A stretch of 64,000 nt of DNA from Squalus acanthias (taxonomy: Eukaryota). This document shows, piece after piece, positions 40,001 through 56,837 of this stretch (the first letter of the stretch is position 1; each line of letters begins with the position of its first letter). Under the pieces are notes generated by a model. That model had not been told where the DNA came from. It ran no database searches and saw nothing but the letters and a program-made list of their open reading frames with translations. The stretch spans positions 97,156,001-97,220,000 of the forward strand of contig CM059431.1 of NCBI GenBank assembly GCA_030390025.1, in the 5' to 3' direction. The position numbers and the translations under genes are program-made.

Positions 40001-43000
40001 CTATAGGGCCATTCTATACTCACACTGGGGCTATAACACTATAGGGCCATTCTATACCCACACTGGGGCTATAATACTATAGGGCCATTCTATACCCACA
40101 CTGAGCTATAACACTATAGGTCTATTCTGTACCCACACTGGGGCTATAACACTATAGGGCCATTCTGTGCCCACACTGGGGCTATAACACTATAGGGCCA
40201 TTATATACCCACACTGGGGCTATAATACTATAGGGCCATTCTATACGCACACTGAGCTATAACACTATGGGGCCATTCTGTACCCACACTGGGGCTATAA
40301 AACTATAGGGCCATTCTGTGCCCACACTGGGGCTATAACACTATAGGGCCATTCTATACCCATACTGGGCTATAACACTATAGGGCCATTCTATACTCAC
40401 ACTGGGGCTATAACACTATAGGGCCATGCTGTGCCCACACTGGGGCTATAACACTATAGGGCCATTCTATACCCACACTGGGGCTATAACACTATAGGGC
40501 CATTCTGTGCCCACACTGGGTTATAACACTATAGGGCCATTCTATACCCACACTGGGGCTATAACACTATAGGGCAATTCTATACCCACACTGGGCGATA
40601 ACACTATAGGGCCATTCTATACCCACACTGGGGCTATAACACTATAGGGCCATTCTATACCCACACTGGGCTATAACACTATAGGGCCATTCTATACCTA
40701 CACTGGGCTATAACACTACAGGGCCATTCTATACTCACACTGGGATATAATACTAAAGGGCCATTCTATACCCACACTGGGGCTATAACACTATAGGGCC
40801 ATTCTATAATCACACTGGGGCTATAACACTATAGGGCCATTCTATACCCACACTGGGGCTATAACACTATAGTGCCATTCTATACCCACACTTGGGCTAT
40901 AACACTATAGGGCTATTCTATACCCACACTGGGGCTATAACACTATAGGGCCATTCTGTGCCCACACTGGGGCTATAAAACTATAGTGCCATTCTATACC
41001 CACACTGGGGCTATAACACTATAGGGCCATTCTGTGCCCACACTGGGGCTATAACACTATAGGGCCATTCTATACCCACACTGGGGCTATAACACTATAG
41101 GGCCATTCTGTGCCCACACTGGGGCTATAACACTATAGGGCCATTCTATACCCACACTGGGGCTATAACACTATAGGGCCATTCTATAACCACACTGGGC
41201 TATAACACTATAGGGCCATTCTATACTCACACTGGGCTATAACACTATAGGCCCATTCTTTACCCACACTGGTGCTATAACACTATAGGGCCATTCTATA
41301 CCCAAACTGGGGCTATAACACTATAGGGCAATTCTATACCCACACTGGGCTATAACACTATAGGGCCATTCTATACCCACACTGGGCTATAACGCTATAG
41401 GGCCATTCTATACTCACACTGGGATATAATACTAAAGGGCCATTCTATACCCACACTGGGGCTATAACACTATAGGGCCATTCTATACTCACACTGGGCT
41501 ATAACACAATAGGGCCATTCTATACTCACACTGGGGCTATAACACTATAGGGCCATTCTATACCCACACTGGGGCTATAACACTATAGTGCCATTCTATA
41601 CCCACACTTGGGCTATAACACTATAGGGCTATTCTATACCCACACTGTGGCTATAACACTATAGGGCCATTCTGTGCCCACACTGGGGCTATAAAACTAT
41701 AGGGCCATTCTATACTCACACTGGGGCTATAACACTATAGGGCCATTCTATACCCACACTGGGGCTATAATACTATAGGGCCATTCTATACCCACACTGA
41801 GCTATAACACTATAGGTCTATTCTGTACCCACACTGGGGCAATAACACTATGGGGCCATTCTGTACCCACTCTGGGGCTATAACACTATAGGGCCATTCT
41901 GTGCCCACACTGGGGCTATAACACTATAGGGCCAATCTATACCCATACTGGGCTATAACACTATAGGGCCATTCTATACTCACACTGGGGCTATAACACT
42001 ATAGGGCCATTCTGTGCCCACACTGGGGCTATAACACTATAGGGCCATTCTATACCCACACTGGGGCTATAACACTATAGGGCCATTCTGTGCCCACAAT
42101 GGGTTATAACAATATAGGGCCATTCTATACCCACACATGGGCTATAACACTGTAGGGCAATTCTATACCCACACTGGGCGATAACACTATAGGGCCATTC
42201 TATACCCACACTGGGGCTATAACACTATAGGGCCATTCTATACCCACACTGGGCTATAACACTATAGGGCCATTCTATACCCACACTGGGCTATAACAAT
42301 ATAGGACCATTCTAGACCCACACTGGGCTATAACACTATAGGGCCATTCTATACCCACACTGGGATATAACACTATAGGGCCATTCTATACTCACACTGG
42401 GGCTATAACACTATAGGGCCATTCTATACCCACACTGGGGCTATAATACTATAGGGCCATTCTATACCCACACTGAGCTATAACACTATAGGTCTATTCT
42501 GTACCCACACTGGGGCTATAACACTATAGGGCCATTCTGTGCCCACACTGGGGCTATAACACTATAGGGCCATTATATACCCACACTGGGGCTATAATAC
42601 TATAGGGCCATTCTATACGCACACTGAGCTATAACACTATGGGGCCATTCTGTACCCACACTGGGGCTATAAAACTATAGGGCCATTCTGTGCCCACACT
42701 GGGGCTATAACACTATAGGGCCATTCTATACCCATACTGGGCTATAACACTATAGGGCCATTCTATACTCACACTGGGGCTATAACACTATAGGGCCATG
42801 CTGTGCCCACACTGGGGCTATAACACTATAGGGCCATTCTATACCCACACTGGGGCTATAACACTATAGGGCCATTCTGTGCCCACACTGGGTTATAACA
42901 CTATAGGGCCATTCTATACCCACACTGGGGCTATAACACTATAGGGCAATTCTATACCCACACTGGGCGATAACACTATAGGGCCATTCTATACCCACAC

Positions 43001-46000
43001 TGGGGCTATAACACTATAGGGCCATTCTATACCCACACTGGGCTATAACACTATAGGGCCATTCTATACCCACACTGGGCTATAACAATATAGGACCATT
43101 CTAGACCCACACTGGGCTATAACACTATAGGGCCATTCTATACCCAAACTGGGATATAACACTACAGGGCCATTCTATACTCACACTGGGGCTATAACAC
43201 TATAGGGCCATTCTATACCCACACTGGGGCTATAACACTATAGGGCCATTCTGTGCCCACACTGGGGCTATAACACTATAGGTTCATTCTATACCCACAC
43301 TGGGGCTATAACACTATAGGGCCAATCTGTGCCCACACTGGGGCTATAACACTATAGGGCCATTCTATACCCACACTGGGGCTATAATACTATAGGACCA
43401 TTCTATACCCACACTGAGCTATAACACTATAGGGCTATTCTGTACCCACACTGGGGCTATAACACTATAGGGCCATTCTGTGCCCACACTGGGGCTATAA
43501 CACTATAGGGCCATTCTATACCCATACTGGGCTATAACACTATAGGGCCATTCTATACCCACACTGGGGCTATAACACTATAGGGCCATTCTGTGCCCAC
43601 ACTAGGGCTATAACACTATAGGGCCATTCTATACTCACACTGGGGCTATAACACTATAGGGCCATTCTATACCCACACTGGGGCTATAATACTATAGGGC
43701 CATTCTATACCCACACTGAGCTATAACACTATAGGTCTATTCTGTACCCACACTGGGGCTATAACACTATAGGGCCATTCTGTGCCCACACTGGGGCTAT
43801 AACACTATAAGGCCATTCTATACCCACACTGGGGCTATAACACTATAGGTCTATTCTGTACCCACACTGGGGCTATAACACTATAAGGCTCTTCTGTGCC
43901 CACACTGGGGCTACAACACTATAGGGCCATTCTATACCCACACTGAGCTATAACACTATGGGGCCATTCTGTACCCACACTGGGGCTATAAAACTATAGG
44001 GCCATTCTGTGCCCACACTGGGGCTATAACACTATAGGGCCATTCTATACCCATACTGGGCGATAACACTATAGGGCCATTCTATACTCACACTGGGGCT
44101 ATAACACTATAGGGCCATTCTGTGCCCACACTGGGGCAATAACACTATAGGGCCATTCTATACCCACACTGGGGCTATAACACTATAGGGCCATTCTGTG
44201 CCCACACTGGGCGATAACACTATAGGGCCATTCTATACCCACACTGGGGCTATAACACTATAGGGCCATTCTATACTCACACTGGGGCTATAACACTATA
44301 GGGCCATTCTATACCCACACTGGGGCTATAACACTATAGGGCCATTCTGTGCCCACACTGGGGCTATAACACTATAGGGCAATTCTATACCCACACTGGG
44401 GCTATAACACTATAGGGCCATTCTGTGCCCACACTGGGGCTATAACACTATAGGGCCATTCTATACCCACACTGGGGCTATAACACTATAGGGCCATTCT
44501 ATAACCACACTGGGCTATAACACTATAGGGCCATTCTATACTCACACTGGGCTATAACACTATAGGCCCATTCTATACCCACACTGGGGCTATAACACTA
44601 TAGGGCCATTCTATACCCACACTGGGCTATAACACTATAGGGCCATTCTATACCCACACTGGGCTATAACACTATAGGGCCATTCTGTGCCCACACTGGG
44701 CTATAACACTATAGGGCCATTCTATACCCACACTGGGCTATAACACTATAGGGCCATTCTATACTCACACTGGGATATAATACTAAAGGGCCATTCTATA
44801 CCCACACTGGGGCTATAACACTATAGGGCCATTCTATACTCACACTGGGCTATAACACTATAGGGCCATTCTATACTCACACTGGGGCTATAACACTATA
44901 GGGCCATTCTATACCCACACTGGGGCTATAACACTATAGTGCCATTCTATACCCACACTTGGGCTATAACACTATAGGGCTATTCTATACCCACACTGGG
45001 GCTATAACACTATAGGGCCATTCTGTGCCCACACTGGGGCTATAAAACTATAGTGCCATTTTATACCCACACTGGGGCTATAACACTATAGGGCCATTCT
45101 GTGCCCACACTGGGGCTATAACACTATAGATCCATTCTATACCCACACTGGGGCTATAACACTATAGGGCCATTCTGTGCCCACACTGGGGCTATAACAC
45201 TATAGGGCCTTTCTATACCCACACTGGGGCTATAACACTATAGGGCCATTCTATAACCACACTGGGCTATAACACTATAGGGCCATTCTATACTTACACT
45301 GGGCTATAACACTATAGGCCCATTCTATACCCACACTGGTGCTATAACACTATAGGGCCATTCTATACCCAAACTGGGGCTATAACACTATAGGGCCATT
45401 CTATACCCACACTTGGTGATAACACTATAGGGCAATTCTATACCCACACTGGGCTATAACACTATAGGGCCATTCTATACCCACACTGGGCTATAACGCT
45501 ATAGGGCCATTCTATACTCACACTGGGATATAATACTAAAGGGCCATTCTATACCCACACTGGGGCTATAACACTATAGGGCCATTCTATACTCACACTG
45601 GGCTATAACACTATAGGGCCATTCTATACTCACACTGGGGCTATAACACTATAGGGCCATTCTATACCCACACTGGGGCTATAACACTATAGTGCCATTC
45701 TATACCCACACTTGTGCTATAACACTATAGGGCTATTCTATACCCACACTGTGGCTATAACACTATAGGGCCATTCTGTGCCCACACTGGGGCTATAACA
45801 CTATAGGGCCATTCTGTTCTCACACTGGGGCTATAACACTATAGGGCCATTCTATACCCACACTGGGGCTATAATACTATAGGGCCATTCTATACCCACA
45901 CTGAGCTATAACACTATAGGTCTATTCTGTACCCACACTGGGGCAATAACACTATAGGGCCATTCTGTGCCCACTCTGGGGCTATAAAACTATAGGGCCA

Positions 46001-49000
46001 TTCTATACCCACACTGGGGCTATAATACTATAGGGCCATTCTATACCCACACTGAGCTATAACACTATGGGGCCATTCTGTACCCACACTGGGGCTATAA
46101 AACTATAGGGCCATTCTGTGCCCACACTGGGGCTATAACACTATAGGGCCATTCTATACCCATACTGGGCTATAACACTATAGGGCCATTCTATACTCAC
46201 ACTGGGGCTATAACACTATAGGGCCATTCTGTGCCCACACTGGGGCTATAACACTATAGGGCCATTCTATACCCACACTGGGGTTATAACACTATAGGGC
46301 CATTCTGTGCCCACAATGGGTTATAATAATATAGGGCCATTCTATACCCACACTGGGGCTATAACACTATAGGGCAATTCTATACCCACACTGGGCGATA
46401 ACACTATAGGGCCATTCTATACCCACACTGGGGCTATAACACTATAGGGCCATTCTATACCCACACTGGGCTATAACACTATAGGGCCATTCTATACCCA
46501 CACTGGGCTATAACAATATAGGACCATTCTAGACCCACACTGGGCTATAACACTATAGGGCCATTCTATACCCACACTGGGATATAACAGTATAGGGCCA
46601 TTCTATACTCACACTGGGGCTATAACACTATAGGGCCATTCTATACCCACACTGGGGCTATAATACTATAGGGCCATTCTATACCCACACTGAGCTATAA
46701 CACTATAGGTCTATTCTGTACCCACACTGGGGCTATAACACTATAGGGCCATTCTGTGCCCACACTGGGGCTATAACACTATAGGGCCATTCTATACCCA
46801 CACTGGGGCTATAATACTATGGGGCCATTCTGTACCCACACTGGGGCTATAAAACTATAGGGCCATTCTGTGCCCACACTGGGGCTATAACACTATAGGG
46901 CCATTCTATACCCACACTGGGCTATAACACTATAGGGCCATTCTATACCCACACTGGGCTATAACAATATAGGACCATTCTAGACCCACACTGGGCGATA
47001 ACACTATAGGGCCATTCTATACTCACACTGGGGCTATAACACTATAGGGCCATGCTGTGCCCACACTGGGGCTATAACACTATAGGGCCATTCTATACCC
47101 ACACTGGGGCTATAACACTATAGGGCCATTCTGTGCCCACACTGGGTTATAACACTATAGGGCCATTCTATACCCACACTGGGGCTATAACACTATAGGG
47201 CAATTCTATACCCACACTGGGCGATAACACTATAGGGCCATTCTATACCCACACTGGGGCTATAACACTATAGGGCCATTCTATACCCACACTGGGCTAT
47301 AACACTATAGGGCCATTCTATACCCACACTGGGCTATAACAATATAGGACCATTCTAGACCCACACTGGGCGATAACACTATAGGGCCATTCTATACCCA
47401 CACTGGGGCTATAACACTATAGGGCCATTCTATACCCACACTGGGCTATAACACTATAGGGCCATTCTATACCCACACTGGGCTATAACAATATAGGACC
47501 ATTCTAGACCCACACTGGGCTATAACACTATAGGGCCATTCTATACCCACACTGGGATATAACACTATAGGGCCATTCTATACTCACACTGGGGCTATAA
47601 CACTATAGGGCCATTCTATACCCACACTGGGGCTATAACACTACAGGGCCATTCTGTGCCCACACTGGGGCTATAACACTATAGGTTCATTCTATACCCA
47701 CACTGGGGCTATAACACTATAGGGCCATTCTGTGCCCACACTGGGGCTATAACACTATCGGGCCATTCTATACCCACACTGGGGCTATAACACTATAGGG
47801 CCATTCTATAACCACACTGGGCTATAACACTATAGGGCCATTCTATACTCACACTGGGCTATAACACTATAGGCCCATTCTATACCCACACTGGGGCTAT
47901 AACACTATAGGGCCATTCTATACCCACACTGGGCTATAACACTATAGGGCCATTCTATACCCACACTGGGCTATAACACTATAGGGCCATTCTGTGCCCA
48001 CACTGGGGCTATAACACTATAGGGCCATTCTATACCCACACTTGGCGATAACACTATAGGGCAATTCTATACCCACACTGGGCTATAACACTATAGGGCC
48101 ATTCTATACCCACACTGGGATATAATACTAAAGGGCCATTCTATACCCACACTGGGGCTATAACACTATAGGGCCATTCTATACTCACACTGGGCTATAA
48201 CACTATAGGGCCATTCTATACTCACACTGGGGCTATAACACTATAGGGCCATTCTATACCCACACTGGGGCTATAACACTATAGTGCCATTCTATACCCA
48301 CACTTGGGCTATAACACTATAGGGCTATTCTATACCCACACTGGGGCTATAACACTATAGGGCCATTCTGTGCCCACACTGGGGCTATAAAACTATAGTG
48401 CCATTCTATACCCACACTGGGGCTATAACACTATAGGGCCATTCTGTGCCCACACTGGGGCTATAACACTATAGAGCCATTCTATACCCACACTGGGGCT
48501 ATAACACTATAGGGCCATTCTGTGCCCACACTGGGGCTATAACACTATAGGGCCATTCTATACCCACACTGGGGCTATAACACTATAGGGCCATTCTATA
48601 ACCACACTGGGCTATAACACTATAGGGCCATTCTATACTCACACTTGGGCTATAACACTATAGGGCCATTCTGTGCCCACACTGGGGCTATAACACTATA
48701 GAGCCATTCTATACCCACACTGGGGCTATAACACTATAGTGCCATTCTATACCCACACTTGGGCTATAACACTATAGGGCTATTCTATACCCAAACTGGG
48801 GCTATAACACTATAGGGCAATTCTATACCCACACTGGGCTGTAACACTATAGGGCCATTCTATACCCACACTGGGCTATAACGCTATAGGGCCATTCTAT
48901 ACTCACACTGGGATATAATACTAAAGGGCCATTCTATACCCACACTGGGGCTATAACACTACAGGGCCATTCTATACTCACACTGGGCTATAACACTATA

Positions 49001-52000
49001 GGGCCATTCTATACCCACACTGGGGCTATAACACTATAGTGCCATTCTATACCCACACTTGGGCTATAACACTATAGGGCTATTCTATACCCACACTGTG
49101 GCTATAACACTATAGGGCCATTCTGTGCCCACACTGGGGCTATAACACTATAGGGCCATTCTATACTCACACTGGGGCTATAACACTATAGGGCAATTCT
49201 ATACCCACACTGGGGCTATAATACTATAGGGCCATTCTATACCCACACTGGGGCTATAATACTATAGGGCCATTCTATACCCACACTGAGCTATAACACT
49301 ATAGGTCTATTCTGTACCCCCACTGGGGCAATAACACTATAGGGCCATTCTGTGCCCACTCTGGGGCTATAACACTATAGGGCCATTCTATACCCACACT
49401 GGGCTATAACAATATAGGACCATTCAGGACACACTGGGCTATAACACTATAGGGCCATTCTATACCCACACTGGGATATAACACTATAGGGCCATTCTAT
49501 ACTCACACTGGGGCTATAACACTATAGGGCCATTCTATACCCACACTGGGGCTATAATACTATAGGGCCATTCTATACCCACACTGAGCTATAACACTAT
49601 AGGTCTATTCTGTACCCACACTGGGGCTATAACACTATAGGGCCATTCTGTGCCCACACCGGGGCTATAACACTATAGGGCCATTCTATACCCACACTGG
49701 GGCTATAATACTATAGGGCCATTCTATACGCACACTGAGCTATAACACTATGTGGCCATTCTGTACCCACACTGGGGCTATAAAACTATAGGGCCATTCT
49801 GTGCCCACACTGGGGCTATAACACTATAGGGCCATTCTATACCAATACTGGGCTATAACACTATAGGGCCATTCTATACTCACACTGGGGCTATAACACT
49901 ATAGTGCCATTCTGTGCCCACACTGGGGCTATAACACTATAGGGCCATTCTATACCCACACTGGGGCTATAACACTATCGGGCCATTCTGTGCCCACACT
50001 GGGTTATAACACTATAGGGCCATTCTATACCCACACTGGGGCTATAACACTATAGGGCAATTCTATACCCACACTGGGCGATAACACTATAGGGCCATTC
50101 TATACCCACACTGGGGCTATAACACTATAGGGCCATTCTATACCCACACTGGGCTATAACACTATAGGGCCATTCTATACCCACACTGGGCTATAACAAT
50201 ATAGGGCCATTCTATAACCACACTGGGCTATAACACTATAGGGCCATTCTATACCCACACTGGGATATAACACTATAGGGCCATTCTATACTCACACTGG
50301 GGCTATAACACTATAGGGCCATTCTATACCCACACTGGGGCTATAACACTATAGGGCCATTCTGTGCCCACACTGGGGCTATAACACTATAGGGCCATTC
50401 TATACCCACACTGGGGCTATAACACTATAGGGCCATTCTATAACCACACTGGGCTATAACACTATAGGGCCATTCTATACTCACACTGGGCTATAACACT
50501 ATAGGCCCATTCTATACCCACACTGGGGCTATAACACTACAGGGCCATTCTATACCCACACTGGGCTATAACACTATAGGGCCATTCTATACCCACACTG
50601 GGCTATAACACTATAGGGCCATTCTGTGCCCACACTGGGGCAAAAACACTATAGGGCCATTCTATACCCACACTTGGCGATAACACTATAGGGCAATTCT
50701 ATACCCACACTGGGCTATAACACTATAGGGCCATTCTATACCCACACTGGGCTATAACACTATAGGGCCATTCTATACTCACACTGGGATATAATACTAA
50801 AGGGCCATTCTATACCCACACTGGGGCTGTAACACTATAGGGCCATTCTATACTCACACTGGGCTATAACACTATAGGGCCATTCTATACTCACACTGGG
50901 GCTATAACACTATAGGGCCATTCTATACCCACACTGGGGCTATAACACTATAGTGCCATTCTATACCCACACTTGGGCTATAACACTATAGGGCTATTCT
51001 ATACCCACACTGGGGCTATAACACTATAGGGCCATTCTGTGCCCACACTGGGGCTATAAAACTATAGTGCCATTCTATACCCACACTGGGGCTATAACAC
51101 TATAGGGCCATTCTGTGCCCACACTGGGGCTATAACACTATAGGGCCATTCTATACCCACACTGGGGCTATAACACTATAGTGCCATTCTGTGCCCACAC
51201 TGGGGCTATAACACTATAGGGCCATTCTATACCCACACTGGGGCTATAACACTATAGGGCCATTCTATAACCACACTGGGCTATAACACTATAGGGCCAT
51301 TCTATACTCACACTGGGCTATAACACTATAGGCTCATTCTATACCCACACTGGGGCTATAACACTATAGGGCCATTCTATACCCAAACTGGGGCTATAAC
51401 ACTATAGGGCCATTCTATACCCACACTGAGCTTTAACACTATGGGGCCATTCTGTACCCACACTGGGGCTATAAAACTATAGGGCCATTCTGAGCCCACA
51501 CTGGGGCTATAACACTATAGGGCCATTCTATACCCATACTGGGCTATAACACTATAGGGCCATTCTATACTCACACTGGGGCTATAACACTATAGGGCCA
51601 TTCTGTGCCCACACTGGGGCTATAACACTATAGGGCCATTCTATACCCACACTGGTGCTATAACACTATAGGGCCATTCTATACCCAAACTGGGGCTATA
51701 ACACTATAGGGCAATTCTATACCCACACTGGGCTATAACACTATAGGGCCATTCTATACCCACACTGGGCTATAACGCTATAGGGCCATTCTATACTCAC
51801 ACTGGGATATAATACTAAAGGGCCATTCTATACCCACACTGGGGCTATAACACTATAGGGCAATTCTATACTCACACTGGGCTATAACACTATAGGGCCA
51901 TTCTATACTCACACTGGGGCTATAACACAATAGGGCCATTCTATACCCACACTGGGGCTATAACACTATAGTGCCATTCTATACCCACACTTGGGCTATA

Positions 52001-55000
52001 ACACTATAGGGCTATTCTATACCCACACTGTGGCTATAACACTATAGGGCCATTCTGTGCCCACACTGGGGCTATAACACTATAGGGCCATTCTATACTC
52101 ACACTGGGGCTATAACACTATAGGGCCATTCTATACCCACACTGGGGCTATAATACTATAGGGCCATTCTATACCCACACTGAGCTATAACACTATAGGT
52201 CTATTCTGTACCCACACTGGGGCAATAACACTATAGGGCCATTCTGTGCCCACTCTGGGGCTATAACACTATAGGGCCATTCTATACTCACACTGGGGCT
52301 ATAATACTATAGGGCCATTCTATACCCACACTGAGCTATAACACTATGGGGCCATTCTGTACCCACACTGGGGCTATAAAACTATAGGGCCATTCTGTGC
52401 CCACACTGGGGCTATAACACTATAGGGCCATTCTATACCCATACTGGGCTATAACACTAGAGGGCCATTCTATACTCACACTGGGGCTATAACACTATAG
52501 GGCCATTCTGTGCCCACACTGGGGCTATAACACTATAGGGCCATTCTATACCCACACTGTGGCTATAACACTATAGGGCCATTCTGTGCCCACAATGGGT
52601 TATAACAATATAGGGCCATTCTATACCCACACTGGGGCTATAACACTATAGGGCAATTCTATACCCACACTGGGCGATAACACTATAGGGCCATTCTATA
52701 CCCACACTGGGGCTATAACACTATAGGGCCATTCTATACCCACACTGGGCTATAACACTATAGGGCCATTCTATACCCACACTGGGCTATAACAATATAG
52801 GACCATTCTAGACCCACACTGGGCTATAACACTTTCGGTCCATTCTATACCCACACTGGGATATAACACTATAGGGCCATTCTATACTCACACTGGGGCT
52901 ATAACACTATAGGGCCATTCTATACCCACACTGGGGCTATAATACTATAGGGCCATTCTATACCCACACTGAGCTATAACACTATCGGTCTATTCTGTAC
53001 CCACACTGGGGCTATAACACTATAGGGCCATTCTGTGCCCACACTGGGGCTATAACACTATAGGGCCATTCTATACCCACACTGGGGCTATAATACTATA
53101 GGGCCATTCTATACGCACACTGAGCTATAACACTATGGGGCCATTCTGTACCCACACTGGGGCTATAAAACTATAGGGCCATTCTGTGCCCACACTGGGG
53201 CTATAACACTATAGGGCCATTCTATACCCATACTGGGGCTATAACACTATAGGGCCATTCTATACTCACACTGGGGCTATAACACTATAGTGCCATTCTG
53301 TGCCCACATTGGGGCTATAACACTATAGGGCCATTCTATACCCACACTGGGGCTATAACACTATAGGGCCATTCTGTGCCCACACTGGGTTATAACACTA
53401 TAGGGCCATTCTATACCCACACTGGGGCTATAACACTATAGGGCAATTCTATACCCACACTGGGCGATAACACTATAGGGCCATTCTATACCCACACTGG
53501 GGCTATAACACTATAGGGCCATTCTATACCCACACTGGGCTATAACACTATAGGGCCATTCTATACCCACACTGGGCTATTACAATATAGGACCATTCTA
53601 GACCCACACTGGGCTATAACACTATAGGGCCATTCTATACCCACACTGGGATATAACACTTTCGGGCCATTCTATACTCACACTGGGGCTATAACACTAT
53701 AGGGCCATTCTATACCCACACTGGGGCTATAACACTATAGGGCCATTCTGTGCCCACACTGGGGCTATAACACTATAGGGCCATTCTATACCCACACTGG
53801 GGCTATAACACTATAGGGCCATTCTGTGCCCACACTGGGGGTATAACACTATAGGGCCATTCTATACCCACACAGGGGCTATAACACTATAGGGCCATTC
53901 TATAACCACACTGGGCTATAACACTATAGGGCCATTCTATACTCACACTGGGCTATAACACTATAGGCCCATTCTATACCCACACTGGGGCTATAACACT
54001 ATAGGGCCATTCTATACCCACACTGGGCTATAACACTATAGGGCCATTCTATACCCACACTGGGCTATAACACTATAGGGCCATTCTGTGCCCACACTGG
54101 GGCTATAACACTATAGGGCCATTCTATACCCACACTTGGCGATAACACTATAGGGCAATTCTATACCCACACTGGGCTATAACACTATAGGGCCATTCTA
54201 TACCCACACTGGGCTATAACACTATAGGGCCATTCTATACTCACACTGGGATATAATACTAAAGGGCCATTCTATACCCACACTGGGGCTGTAACACTAT
54301 AGGGCCATTCTATACTCACACTGGGCTATAACACTATAGGGCCATTCTATACTCACACTGGGGCTATAACACTATAGGGCCATTCTATACCCACACTGGG
54401 GCTATAACACTATAGTGCCATTCTATACCCACACTTGGGCTATAACACTATAGGGCTATTCTATAACCACACTGGGGCTATAACACTATAGGGCCATTCT
54501 GTGCCCACACTGGGGCTATAAAACTATAGTGCCATTCTATACCCACACTGGGGCTATAACACTATAGGGCCATTCTGTGCCCACACTGGGGCTATAACAC
54601 TATAGGGCCATTCTATACCCACACTGTGGCTATTACACTATAGTGCCATTCTGTGCCCACACTGGGGCTATAACACTATAGGGCCATTCTATACCCACAC
54701 TGGGGCTATAACACTATAGGGCCATTCTATAACCACACTGGGCTATAACACTATAGGGCCATTCTATACTCACACTGGGCTATAACACTATAGGCCCATT
54801 CTATACCCACACTGGGGCTATAACACTATAGGGCCATTCTATACCCAAACTGGGGCTATAACACTATAGGGCCATTCTATACCCACACTGAGCTATAACA
54901 CTATGGGGCCATTCTGTACCCACACTGGGGCTATAAAACTATAGGGCCATTCTGTGCCCACACTGGGGCTATAACACTATAGGGCCATTCTATACCCATA

Positions 55001-56837
55001 CTGGGATATAACACTATAGGGCCATTCTATACTCACACTGGGGCTATAACACTATAGGGCCATTCTGTGCCCACACTGGGGCTATAACACTATAGGGCCA
55101 TTCTATACCCACACTGGGGCTATAACACTATAGGGCCATTCTGTGCCCACAATGGGTTATAACACTATAGGGCCATTCTATACCCACACTGGGGCTATAA
55201 CACTATAGGGCAATTCTATACCCACACTGGGCGATAACACTATAGGGCCATTCTATACCCACACTGGGGCTATAACACTATAGGGCCATTCTATACCCAC
55301 ACTGGGCTATAACACTATAGGGCCATTCTATACCCACACTGGGCTATAACAATATAGGACCATTCTAGACCCACACTGGGCTATAACACTATAGGGCCAT
55401 TCTATACCCACACTGGGATATAACACTACAGGGCCATTCTATACTCACACTGGGGCTATAACACTATAGGGCCATTCTATACCCACACTGGGGCTATAAC
55501 AGTATAGGGCCATTCTGTGCCCACACTGGGGCTATAACACTATAGGGCCATTCTATACCCACACTGGGGCTATAACACTATAGGGCCATTCTGTGCCCAC
55601 ACTGGGGCTATAACACTATAGGGCCATTCTATACCCACACTGGGGCTATAACACTATAGGGCCATTCTATAACCACACTGGGCTATAACACTATAGGGCC
55701 ATTGTATACTCACACTGGGCTATAACACTATAGGCCCATTCTATACCCACACTGGGGCTATAACACTATAGGGCCATTCTATACTCACACTGGGGCTATA
55801 ACACTATAGGCCCATTCTATACCCACACTGGGGCTATAACACTATAGGGCCATTCTATACTCACACTGGGGCTATAACACTATAGGGCCATTCTATACCC
55901 ACACTTGGCGATAACACTATAGGGCAATTCTATACCCACACTGGGGCTATAACACTATAGGGCAATTCTATACCCACACTGGGCTATAACACTATAGGGC
56001 CATTCTATACCCACACTGGGCTATAACACTATAGGGCCATTCTATACTCACACTGGGATATAATACTAAAGGGCCATTCTATACCCACACTGGGGCTATA
56101 ACACTATAGGGCCATTCTGTACTCACACTGGGCTATAACACTATAGGGCCATTCTATACTCACACTGGGGCTATAACACTATAGGGCCATTCTATACCCA
56201 CACTGGGGCTATAACACTATAGTGCCATTCTATACCCACACTTGGGCTATAACACTATAGGGCTATTCTATACCCATACTGGGGCTATAACACTATAGGG
56301 CCATTCTGTGCCCACACTGGGGCTATAACACTATAGGGCCATTCTGTACTCACACTGGGGCTATAACACTATAGGGCCATTCTGTGCCCACACTGGGGCT
56401 ATAAAACTATAGTGCCATTCTATACCCACACTGGGGCTATAACACTATAGGGCCATTCTGTGCCCACACTGGGGCTATAACACTATAGGGCCATTCTATA
56501 CCCACACTGGGGCTATAATACTATAGGGCCATTTTGTACCCACACTGGGGCTATAACACTATAGGGCCATTCTGTGCCCACACTGGGGCTATAACACTAT
56601 AGGGCCATTTTGTACCCACACTGGGGCTATAACACTATAGGACCATTCTATACCCACACTGGGGCTATAACACTATAGGGCCATTCTGTGTCCACACTGG
56701 GATATAACACTATAGGGCCATTTTGTACCCACACTGGGGCTATAACACTGTAGGGCCATTCTGTGTCCACACTGGGATATAACACTATAGGGCCATTCTA
56801 TACCCACACTGGGGCTATAACATTATAGGGCCAATCT

